Under the pieces are notes generated by a model that saw only the letters and a list, made by a program, of their open reading frames with translations, made no database searches and was not told the origin of the DNA. A stretch of 64,000 bases of DNA, taken from positions 186,001-250,000 of the IMG/VR virus record IMGVR_UViG_3300044701_000569. One strand, written 5' to 3'. Shown here in pieces: positions 56,240 through 64,000 of the stretch (the stretch's first letter is position 1; every line of letters starts with the position of its first letter). A program made the position numbers and the translations under genes.

Positions 56240-56772
56240 CTTGTTATCCCTAGCTTTTCGTAAGCAATTTGTACTGCCTTAGCTTGATAGTAAGCATCAG
56301 CAAGTGCGTTGTGAAGATCGCTCTGCATACTCTTTCTAGGATCTTCAGATAAACAACCAAATAGTGTGCGGCTGTCCTTGACTTGCCAAAACTGCCAAGG
56401 GATTGGGCGTTTAACATTGCGATAAAGGTCTTCAAGGATAGTGATATCAAATCCGTATCCGTGACCCCAAATAACGTCAACACCAACTAGCCATTTGTTT
56501 AGTTCTGTTAGAATATCACCTACTGGTAATCTATTCTCTGTATCAAACGCTTCTTCCTGAATAGCAGGGTCTTGTTTACCCCACCATTCAACTGTAGCAT
56601 CTGACACTGTCCTACCAAGGCGATCTTGTTCGTCTATATCAAACTTTACATAAAATTCACTGTAGGGTTCTGACTTACTGTTAGGATTAAACTTAACTGC
56701 TCCTAGTGTTAGAATTGTACACTGAGGGCAAGTATCAAGTGTTTCCAAATCAATCATTGCGTGTGTGGCCAT
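56236..56772 (-). CDS. DEDDh 3'-5' exo(ribo)nuclease
   Basis: MIDLETL, WGHG..FD, DSRT, HNALADA; start corrected to 56772. Confidence 0.88.
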   Translation of the reverse strand: MATHAMIDLETLDTCPQCTILTLGAVKFNPNSKSEPYSEFYVKFDIDEQDRLGRTVSDATVEWWGKQDPAIQEEAFDTENRLPVGDILTELNKWLVGVDVIWGHGYGFDITILEDLYRNVKRPIPWQFWQVKDSRTLFGCLSEDPRKSMQSDLHNALADAYYQAKAVQIAYEKLGITR

Positions 56773-56773
56773 T

Positions 56774-56938
56774 TTATTGTTTCCTATTTTCCTGTCCAAT
56801 GCCTGCTAGTATTAAAAAGACATACAGAATGGGCCAGCCCCAACCTGTAAGATAATCGGTAATATGTAGAATCATTAACGCAATACCGGTTGCGCCACTG
56901 GTACCTATTCCACTGCTTTGTGGTGTGGGTATTCGCAT
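56774..56938 (-). CDS. Small membrane protein (54 aa, not in ORF track)
   Basis: MRIPTPQ...GIALMILHITDYLTGWGWPILYVFLILAG; AAGGAG SD; has its own promoter. Confidence 0.65.
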   Translation of the reverse strand: MRIPTPQSSGIGTSGATGIALMILHITDYLTGWGWPILYVFLILAGIGQENRKQ

Positions 56939-56964
56939 AAAAGAAAACTCCTTAGTATAATCAC

Positions 56965-56993
56965 AGTATAGCAGATTATATCTAAGGAGTCAA
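56965..56993 (-). promoter_or_regulatory. Sigma70-like promoter overlapping a long inverted repeat
   Basis: TTGACT-17-TATACT. Confidence 0.7.
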
Positions 56994-57001
56994 GTGTTTT
57001 A

Positions 57002-57397
57002 TTAAACTGGATGACCGACTATATCTTGTTCTTTAGTTACAAATGAATCCAATGCCGGTGGAACCCAACCTTCTGGCTTAAGAACCTTACCGTCTTCGCG
57101 CTTGCGCACCTTACCAGTAGTAGGATCAATTTTAGCAAAGTTAGTTCTCATAACTTCGTTCCAAGCACCTTCTCCGTCAGCTCCCATGCTGTGGATAGCA
57201 CCAATAGTAACAACAAGTATATCAACTAGTGCATCTAGTTGTTCAACTTTGTTGTTGGCTTTAACTGCATCTTGAAATTCCCAGAACTCCTCAACAATTA
57301 ACTTTTGGTACATACTGTATTGGGGTGTGTTAAAAAAGTCTGTGCTTTGATCACAGGCCTGCATAAATCGTTCTTGATCTTTAAATGGATTTGTCAA
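57002..57397 (-). CDS. MazG-like / PRA-PH family NTP pyrophosphohydrolase
   Basis: LIVEEFWE, EQLDALVD, NFAK, REDGKVLKP; TTG start. Confidence 0.85.
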   Translation of the reverse strand: MTNPFKDQERFMQACDQSTDFFNTPQYSMYQKLIVEEFWEFQDAVKANNKVEQLDALVDILVVTIGAIHSMGADGEGAWNEVMRTNFAKIDPTTGKVRKREDGKVLKPEGWVPPALDSFVTKEQDIVGHPV

Positions 57398-57406
57398 TTT
57401 TGCCTC

Positions 57407-57808
57407 TTATCGCATAAAATCTTCTGGTCTAATGTCAGTACCTTGACCATTTGAATATTCATTACCTATTTGTACGCCTTCTGGCTTTTCCTTACTGTAC
57501 ATTAATACACAATCAGGGTCAACCATGCGAAGTTCTACATTGCCTTCACCTTCGTCAACATTAAAACTTCTAGTCCATCGACCGTGTTCTATAAGAATCC
57601 AGTCACCTATTTCATAGTCGTCTTTGTTTTCAGGACCTTTATTATGTACCTTAGCCCATCGAGGATATATTCCTCGAGTAGTGCCGTCGTCACTTTTAAT
57701 GATAAGACCACTAGCAGTCTTTTGTTCACCAAAATGCATTTCTGAAACAAGAACTCTATTATGTAAAGCTCTTACTCGGCCTTTTGCAACAGATGTTGAA
57801 ATTGACAT
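57407..57808 (-). CDS. GroES-like co-chaperonin
   Basis: RALHNRVLV, KTASGLII, GP......IGDWIL. Confidence 0.75.
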   Translation of the reverse strand: MSISTSVAKGRVRALHNRVLVSEMHFGEQKTASGLIIKSDDGTTRGIYPRWAKVHNKGPENKDDYEIGDWILIEHGRWTRSFNVDEGEGNVELRMVDPDCVLMYSKEKPEGVQIGNEYSNGQGTDIRPEDFMR

Positions 57809-58152
57809 TACTGACCTTTTCTTACAAAGTTTCCATTTTCATCTTCGATCCATTCGTCGTCTTCTAACATTTCTGCTTCGTTCGGCGCTAGATCTTCTTT
57901 AGCAATCTTAGATTCTTTAAAAACTCCCGAACCTTCTTTTGCTGTCTTAGGGTGTTGATTATAAAATTCTTTAATTATCTCTTCACGCTTTTTAATAATC
58001 TTTCCACCTGGGCCTAGTTCGTCGCCTCGAGCATTGACCCTAGCGTTGCCTACGGCGGGTGTTAATTCATTCTTTTTACGTAACAGTTCCATGTCAACAG
58101 GGAGACCTCTCATTGAGTGATACTGTTTACGCCCTACTTGCATTTTAGACAT
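57808..58152 (-). CDS. Hypothetical phage protein
   Basis: 114 aa (AVGNARVNARGDELGPGGKI); AGGAG SD. Confidence 0.7.
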   Translation of the reverse strand: MSKMQVGRKQYHSMRGLPVDMELLRKKNELTPAVGNARVNARGDELGPGGKIIKKREEIIKEFYNQHPKTAKEGSGVFKESKIAKEDLAPNEAEMLEDDEWIEDENGNFVRKGQ

Positions 58153-58183
58153 ATTGTTCTCCTAATATATACGTACTTATCTC

Positions 58184-58525
58184 TTAATAGCATTCTCTAA
58201 TTAAGGTTTGATATCTATTACCCCAACCGTCATATTCTGTAATCCAACGTTCTACACATTGTACTGGATACGAATAATCATACCTTGGCTGAGGCTGATA
58301 GTAAACTGGCGGTGGAGGAGTATAGTAATAACTGCGATTTTGATTTGCAATTATCCCTCCAATAACTAGGCCGCCCACTAGCGGTGCTACCCAATTATGG
58401 CTGTTATGATAATGATGATGATGGCGGTGTTGTTGATGCCTATTATGATGTCGTCCGTCTGCTAGTGCTACGCTAGGCACTATTAAACTTAAGGCTAAAA
58501 TACCTGCTGCTATTCTTTTTAACAT
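58184..58525 (-). CDS. Exported His-rich / Pro-Tyr-rich small protein
   Basis: Signal peptide ending ALA-D; HHNRHQQHRHHHHYH; GGLVIGGII; PPPPVYY; two Cys. Confidence 0.7.
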   Translation of the reverse strand: MLKRIAAGILALSLIVPSVALADGRHHNRHQQHRHHHHYHNSHNWVAPLVGGLVIGGIIANQNRSYYYTPPPPVYYQPQPRYDYSYPVQCVERWITEYDGWGNRYQTLIRECY

Positions 58526-58539
58526 ACACTTCTCCTTGT

Positions 58540-59061
58540 TTAGCGTAAAAATTCACGCCAGTCTAGATTATAGTTAATACTATTTACCCTGTGTACTCCT
58601 ATGAGGTATAGCACATAACTTGCTACGCTTGAACCTCTACCCACACCCCAAACTATTTTGTTTTCGCGCATAAAATCTACAAGATAAATCATATAGCGCA
58701 GTAGATCAAGTAGTCCACGTTTTTCAAATTCTTCTAATTCTTCTAGAGCTCGAATCAGTTCTTTATCTGTTTTACATTTACTGCTAACGTAGTTATAAAC
58801 GTCTACGTTCTTATATCCATCCGGCATAAACCATTCTGAACGTAAAGCCTCGTCAAATTGTGCCTTGTCAACGTCTAGTGGAATATATTTGGTAAGTTCA
58901 GGAAGTCCCTGCTCTTTCATAGCAGAGTTAAACTTATCAATTTCGTCACTGGGCTCGCAGAGAACCACGTGACATTTATCAATATGTCCGCTATAGATCA
59001 TATCAATTAAGTCGCGATTAGAGAATCTGGGTATACCTAAATTATCAGTTTTCATTAACAT
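58540..59061 (-). CDS. Stand-alone fragment of DNA polymerase III alpha (DnaE)
   Basis: R..EEL..F......LL.....LVD.MR......GVGRGSSVASYVLYLIGV..V....Y.L...EFL; stops just before the catalytic PDxD. Confidence 0.8.
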   Translation of the reverse strand: MLMKTDNLGIPRFSNRDLIDMIYSGHIDKCHVVLCEPSDEIDKFNSAMKEQGLPELTKYIPLDVDKAQFDEALRSEWFMPDGYKNVDVYNYVSSKCKTDKELIRALEELEEFEKRGLLDLLRYMIYLVDFMRENKIVWGVGRGSSVASYVLYLIGVHRVNSINYNLDWREFLR

Positions 59062-59067
59062 GCTAAC

Positions 59068-59096
59068 AGTTTAACTTACATTTATTAAACTGTCAA
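59068..59096 (-). promoter_or_regulatory. Sigma70-like promoter giving a near-leaderless dnaE-fragment mRNA
   Basis: TTGACA-17-TAAACT-6nt-ATG. Confidence 0.65.
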
Positions 59097-59313
59097 GATC
59101 TTTTCCGTTTGAGTCCATTTGTTCTCTCTGCTTTTGAGCAGCGATGGATCTTCTAGTGTTTAGTTCGTCTTTATATATGTCCAAAATATTTGCTATTTGG
59201 ACTTGCAGTTGAGGATTGTTTGTTTTGAAATACTTCCGCTGGAGCTCTTGAGCTTTATCTTCTAACTGCGAATCAGTAAACTCACTGAGATTGTTAACCA
59301 ACGGATGTATCAT
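59071..59313 (-). CDS. Hypothetical protein
   Basis: 80 aa from MIHPLV; helical. Confidence 0.65.
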   Translation of the reverse strand: MIHPLVNNLSEFTDSQLEDKAQELQRKYFKTNNPQLQVQIANILDIYKDELNTRRSIAAQKQREQMDSNGKDLDSLINVS

Positions 59314-59314
59314 A

Positions 59315-59899
59315 TTAGCTAAAGAGACCCTTGTATTCGGCGTATACTGTTTCGCCGCCGTCATAGGACCAAAACTCAAAAATAGTAGGATTAATAGATC
59401 CTATAGTAACAGTGCCTGGCCAAGAACTATTTTTCTTTATAGTGCCGCCGCCCTCTGAAGTAAATTCAACAGTCTTACTGTCTCCAGCAGTTGCTAGTTT
59501 TATTTCTACAGTAATTTTAGCTAAACGATTTTCATCTTCAGTGGATGGCCAATTAGATAATTGGAAAGTAGCACTGGGCGTTTCTGCAGGGAGAGATAAT
59601 CCAATAGTTTGGTATCTTCCTTCTGTAAAACTAATTTCACTACCGCTTGCAAAATTACCCTTTGCAATAAAAGATTCTGTACAGGTTTCAAACTGTGCAT
59701 CAATAATGTGTGATCCTTGGAAATTACTGCTAGAATCTAATCTAGCAGCATTATTCTGAAGGTCTGTAATTTCAGTAGCTGCATACTGAAAGTTCTGCTT
59801 TATGATACCAAAATTGTCACGAAAACCCTGTGTATCGTTATCAACACCTGCTACCGGATATGTTGCGTCAATTGTATCGCTTGTAATATTGCTGGCCAT
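59315..59899 (-). CDS. Virion structural protein
   Basis: MASNI...YPVAGVDNDTQGFRDNF...EITDLQ N-terminus; beta-rich; TAAATA upstream. Confidence 0.6.
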   Translation of the reverse strand: MASNITSDTIDATYPVAGVDNDTQGFRDNFGIIKQNFQYAATEITDLQNNAARLDSSSNFQGSHIIDAQFETCTESFIAKGNFASGSEISFTEGRYQTIGLSLPAETPSATFQLSNWPSTEDENRLAKITVEIKLATAGDSKTVEFTSEGGGTIKKNSSWPGTVTIGSINPTIFEFWSYDGGETVYAEYKGLFS

Positions 59900-59929
59900 T
59901 TTTAATCCTCTTTTATATATTTATTTTTC

Positions 59930-62900
59930 TTATACGTTGAACTGATAATTTGCGAACAGTATGTACTGTTCCTGGCTATTGCCCTCAGTTCTTTGTACTA
60001 TGTATCTATCTATTTCAAAATCTAAATCTTTGAAATCAAACCCATTATTTTTAATGTTTAGAAGTATTTCGTCTCCTAGACCCGGTTTACAGTACACTAT
60101 TGGAATAGCACTAACATAGTCTAGTTCTTGGAAGCCTGCTTGCGGAGTTCGCATCCAAAGCGGCAAGTAATTTCTTTCATTTTTTCCAATTTCTTTAATA
60201 TTTCTACGCATATTATCTATGCTAGATATATATCTTTTTCTATCGTTACCGTCCGATACTTTAACTGCATCACTGTCTGCTTTTACTGTATTAGCGTATA
60301 CTGGTCTTCTACGCATTGGTTCGCTGTCGCCTACCTGTAAAATAACCTGTACTTCGTTTGTGTTAACCAGTTCAACAAAGAAATCATTGTTATCAACATC
60401 AAGTACAACATCACCGTCTCTAGTATTAATTATAATTCTGTCATCAGTAGGAAACAAGAAACTGATAGTGTTTCTAGCATATATTGGCAATTGGTTGTAA
60501 CCCAAGTTTGTTGATGTCGAGTCATCAACAGCAGGATACAGCAAACTATCAACAGTTAAACGATTTGTTGTGTTAATAGTAAAATCTTTTTGAGTTTTTC
60601 CTTTTTTAGGTTTAGCTCTATCTATAACCTCAACATATATAACTTCGTACACAGTGTCTAATGTGCCTGGTTCTCTAGCAATAGCTTTTTTAATTTCACC
60701 AAGAGCATATCTCTTTTTCTTATGATTTTTAGCCGATGCAGCTACAAAATGTTGAACCTGTTTAGCCTCAATACCTGCGTATACTAACATTTTCATTTTC
60801 TTCTGTATGCCAAATGCTGGATCGTCTGGTCTGTATATATTTTCTGTTGTAAATATCTCTGGTGTTGAAATAAAGTTTCTATAAACATCTCTATGATTTT
60901 GTTTCATATACGGAGTAGCATATATGTCAGTATATAACGTATTATCTAAATCTTCTACATCGAGCACAAATTCTCTACGAACTGCTACTAGATTAAATCT
61001 GTCTCTAGCCTCGACAGTAAATCTATATTGTCTGTCAAACGAAGTTATTCCAGGAAATGAACCGTCCCAAGTTGTAGATTTAGAATCAAATGTAGTCAAA
61101 CCAGGATTACCATTTTCGGGAAACTGACGTGCAGTTCCTACAATTTCTCCATAATAATTTAATCTCATTCCAAAAGGAAGTCTTCCATCTACTAAGAAAT
61201 ACAACATCTTAGTGTCAGGAACAGTAGTTGTTGCTTGTACTTTAAGAGTGCTGGTAAAGTTTGCATTTATTTTTCCTAGATAAGATTCTGTAATCCAAGA
61301 AATTTTAGAATCAATTTCCCCTATAACATTTAATTCAAATGTTTTTGCTTTACTTGGTATAACAGTTTCATCTGTACTAGTAAGAACAATACTTTTAGAG
61401 AAAAAGTCATTTTTAAATAAAGCGATACCAATATTTCTACCAGCATTTAACTGCCTAGATAGACTGGTAGTAAAACTTATTCTATGTTCGTTGTCACGCA
61501 GTAATCTTACCTGTATTTGTGTACTACTGCTATCAAGTGCAAAGAAATCTCTTACGGTAGAAATAATTCTTGTTATAGACGTACTAAGAAGTTTTATTCT
61601 CCATTTGTTTTCGTTTATTACTTCAATATATGCTGTACCACCAAATTCTGCTTCCAGGGCTTGTTTGGTAGCATCTAACACATCCTCTGACGTTAGATCG
61701 CTAATGGTCTCAGCTACTTCTGTCCATTTTGAACTTTCAAAAATAATTTGAGGATTTCCATCTTCGTCTGTTATAATATTGCCGTCAATATTTGTTTGAG
61801 GCTGTATATTATGTGCTACTGTACAACGATAAATTTTTCCATCGCCTCCTGATTCTGCAGTATAAATTGCAAGATCATTAGCAAAATAATTTTCATAAAG
61901 ATCAATAGTTCTTGGAACAGCTCTAGGTCTTATGGGATCGTTTGCAGGAGTAGTCTGTGTAATTTCATATTCAATATAAGGTAAAATATCCTGCACTGCA
62001 TAAACTTCAGTGTCACTGAATCTAAATTCTCTTCCCTGGTATTTGTTAAGTTCTTGTTCTCCCAACCTGTTCACATAGATGTGATCCTGTCCTATAATAG
62101 CAGTTCGACTCATTATTAAAGATATATTTGGACCAATTGTGTCGTCTACATATATTAAATCAAACTCGGGGTCTCTATTATCAATATTAGTTACAGTGTA
62201 TTCTCTACTATTTAGAAGAATTTTTCTACCACGAAGTTCTTGTAGATCAAGTACATCATCTGTACTACCAGTAAGATCTAACTTATAAACTTTGAAGACG
62301 TTCTTACCCAACATGGTGTCTTCATAAAAGTTAGCAAAGATTGTAGCACTTTCTAATGCTCCTTCAAATCTAGTTGCTCTTACTGTAAATCTATAATTTT
62401 GAGTTATAGCAGGTTGATAAGGAATGCGTCCTGTTATTTCACCAGAGACACTGTCTAAACTTAAACCAGGAGGAAGTTCAGATACTGTACCGTCATCGTT
62501 AACGTCTTCTAGTGTATATACAACTGCACCAGTTAGTGTATCGTTATCAATTATATCTAGATATAGAGTTACATAATTGTTTGCTCTCTTATAGCCTAGA
62601 TCTCTTGGAGTTATCCATACTGGAGTTCTAACATGAGTAGTATCAGCGGTGAATACACCAGTACTCGATCTCATCACGGTGTTGTCTGCTCTTAGAAAAT
62701 CATCTCCAACAACATATATTTTAAATTCTCTTCGTTTGAAAGTGTCACCGTCTGTAACAGTAACCGCAAACGGAAAATATCTATTAAGTTTTCTTAAGCT
62801 CTGTGTTGCTTCGAAAAAGTCAAATGTTTGTGTATCATAATAAAAACTTCCGTAGCCATTACCTGACAGAACAGCATAGTCAAACGGAAAGTCTCCATAA

Positions 62901-63454
62901 GGCATTGTATCATACTGTCCGCCTTGGAATCTTTTATCTAAACTTAATATAGGATCTACAGTTCCTACTAATCTACCATCTCTAGTTAGAGAAATGCCTG
63001 GAGGTAAATTTCCATCTCCGTCTGCAATAAAGTATTCTAGTTCGTCACCAGCAGGTAAATCGTTATCTGTAGCTAATAATTGAAAATCAATAATTTCGTT
63101 ATCTAATATAAAATAAGTGTTGGTTCCGCCTACAGGTAGAAGTCCAGAAGCAGTTAGCCACTGCGGTTCGTCTGCTCCTGTAATAATAAATTTGAGGGTT
63201 CTGTCATCATAGTGACCTTCCCAATGTGCTCTAATAACGACGGTATATACAGTATCAATAGCAACTTCAAATGGAGTGCCTACTATGTTTATGTCTTGAA
63301 TTCTTGTACCGGTAGGAAGACTTCCGCTAATTATTTCAAGTTCAATGTTTGAATACCCGTTAGCTACAGGCAATGCGATGTTGATAGGATTTCTTTCTGT
63401 TAAGATACCTATCTGATAGCCATTTGGAATATTCCACAGTGATAAATCTGCCAT
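59930..63454 (-). CDS. Large virion/baseplate structural protein with repeated Ig-like (He_PIG-type) domains
   Basis: Repeated G.LP.G..L...G.I.G.P / F.V.A.D motifs; 1174 aa; TAAATA at 63473-63478. Confidence 0.7.
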   Translation of the reverse strand: MADLSLWNIPNGYQIGILTERNPINIALPVANGYSNIELEIISGSLPTGTRIQDINIVGTPFEVAIDTVYTVVIRAHWEGHYDDRTLKFIITGADEPQWLTASGLLPVGGTNTYFILDNEIIDFQLLATDNDLPAGDELEYFIADGDGNLPPGISLTRDGRLVGTVDPILSLDKRFQGGQYDTMPYGDFPFDYAVLSGNGYGSFYYDTQTFDFFEATQSLRKLNRYFPFAVTVTDGDTFKRREFKIYVVGDDFLRADNTVMRSSTGVFTADTTHVRTPVWITPRDLGYKRANNYVTLYLDIIDNDTLTGAVVYTLEDVNDDGTVSELPPGLSLDSVSGEITGRIPYQPAITQNYRFTVRATRFEGALESATIFANFYEDTMLGKNVFKVYKLDLTGSTDDVLDLQELRGRKILLNSREYTVTNIDNRDPEFDLIYVDDTIGPNISLIMSRTAIIGQDHIYVNRLGEQELNKYQGREFRFSDTEVYAVQDILPYIEYEITQTTPANDPIRPRAVPRTIDLYENYFANDLAIYTAESGGDGKIYRCTVAHNIQPQTNIDGNIITDEDGNPQIIFESSKWTEVAETISDLTSEDVLDATKQALEAEFGGTAYIEVINENKWRIKLLSTSITRIISTVRDFFALDSSSTQIQVRLLRDNEHRISFTTSLSRQLNAGRNIGIALFKNDFFSKSIVLTSTDETVIPSKAKTFELNVIGEIDSKISWITESYLGKINANFTSTLKVQATTTVPDTKMLYFLVDGRLPFGMRLNYYGEIVGTARQFPENGNPGLTTFDSKSTTWDGSFPGITSFDRQYRFTVEARDRFNLVAVRREFVLDVEDLDNTLYTDIYATPYMKQNHRDVYRNFISTPEIFTTENIYRPDDPAFGIQKKMKMLVYAGIEAKQVQHFVAASAKNHKKKRYALGEIKKAIAREPGTLDTVYEVIYVEVIDRAKPKKGKTQKDFTINTTNRLTVDSLLYPAVDDSTSTNLGYNQLPIYARNTISFLFPTDDRIIINTRDGDVVLDVDNNDFFVELVNTNEVQVILQVGDSEPMRRRPVYANTVKADSDAVKVSDGNDRKRYISSIDNMRRNIKEIGKNERNYLPLWMRTPQAGFQELDYVSAIPIVYCKPGLGDEILLNIKNNGFDFKDLDFEIDRYIVQRTEGNSQEQYILFANYQFNV

Positions 63455-63490
63455 TTAAATCATCCTTTGCAGTATTTATCGGAAAAGAAC

Positions 63491-64000
63491 TTATAAAGAT
63501 CCAGCGTCAATATTGCGTAAAGAAGGAGCAGTGATAGTTCCAAAATCAAAGTTAGCGTCTGAAATTAACCAATCTATTACGTTGTTATAGGTACCATCAA
63601 TAGTACCAAGATCCCAATAGTTTGTAAAATACTGGGCTATTGTACGTATGTCAACGCCATGCACTAAACCAGTAAGATTTCCAACAAATGATCCCGATAT
63701 TTGTGCAGCATCTATGTCGCCTATGTTTGTTAAATCAAAACCCTGCCCGTCTAAAATACCGCCAAGCTGCGGACTAGTATCACCAGATAGTTCTGATAGG
63801 CCTGTATAATCAATTACTAAGTTATTTCCTACTACTCTAGTAGTAATATCTGTACCACCAAATACATTAAGCACAGCATCTTCAGTTAGTTCAATGGGGG
63901 AACCTAAATCAGTATTAACCGTTACAATCTTAACGCCGCCGTTTGCGTCAATTGTGATATTTTGATCTGTTGCTGTTAGTGTTACATCATTGCCAGCTAT
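63491..64000 (-). CDS. Virion structural / fibre protein, C-terminal part (5' end beyond window)
   Basis: Frame open to base 64000; DTSPQLGG.LD motif; G/T/D-rich. Confidence 0.65.
   Translation of the reverse strand: MAGNDVTLTATDQNITIDANGGVKIVTVNTDLGSPIELTEDAVLNVFGGTDITTRVVGNNLVIDYTGLSELSGDTSPQLGGILDGQGFDLTNIGDIDAAQISGSFVGNLTGLVHGVDIRTIAQYFTNYWDLGTIDGTYNNVIDWLISDANFDFGTITAPSLRNIDAGSL

Noticed and set aside
1-64000. tRNA, rRNA, CRISPR array, integrase/transposase, stop-codon recoding
   Set aside because: None recognised by eye. Genes are full-length in the standard code, with TAA, TGA and TAG all used as stops. A tRNAscan/Infernal run would be needed to exclude RNAs formally.

Overview
This 64 kb window is gene-dense and almost entirely minus-strand. 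It is a segment of a large T4-related (jumbo-type) myophage genome; the spanins, IscU and ferredoxin point to a Gram-negative, probably proteobacterial host. From left to right it contains: (i) an AT-rich cluster (1-10.3 kb) of frequently flipping orientation, with 4 radical-SAM enzymes, 4 Fe(II)/2OG-type oxygenases, 2 kinase-like proteins and a QueC-like PP-loop enzyme, next to a tail-fibre gene; (ii) a MoxR/VWA pair and RNase H; (iii) a 7-deazaguanine module (queE, folE, queD-like, TGT/DpdA-like) interleaved with a glycosyltransferase, NDP-sugar enzymes, the sliding clamp and a family-B DNA polymerase; (iv) a block of modular, probably protease-processed head-internal proteins; (v) ClpA, DnaJ, holin, desaturase, IscU, spanins and a GH19 endolysin; (vi) PhoH, dCMP deaminase, ThyA, DHFR, ferredoxin, clamp loader, exonuclease, MazG-like and GroES-like genes, and a stand-alone DnaE fragment; (vii) virion structural genes. 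Two promoter classes are visible: sigma70-like (TTGACA-16/17-TAnnnT) and T4-late-like (TAAATA). The best candidates for new biology are a glycosylated-deazaguanine DNA modification pathway, a late-expressed radical-SAM/oxygenase tailoring cluster, cleavable cargo polyproteins, and a regulatory grammar of leaderless late genes and promoter-gated RBS hairpins. I saw no tRNA, rRNA, CRISPR array, integrase or intein. All functional calls come from recognising motifs by eye; no database searches were run.
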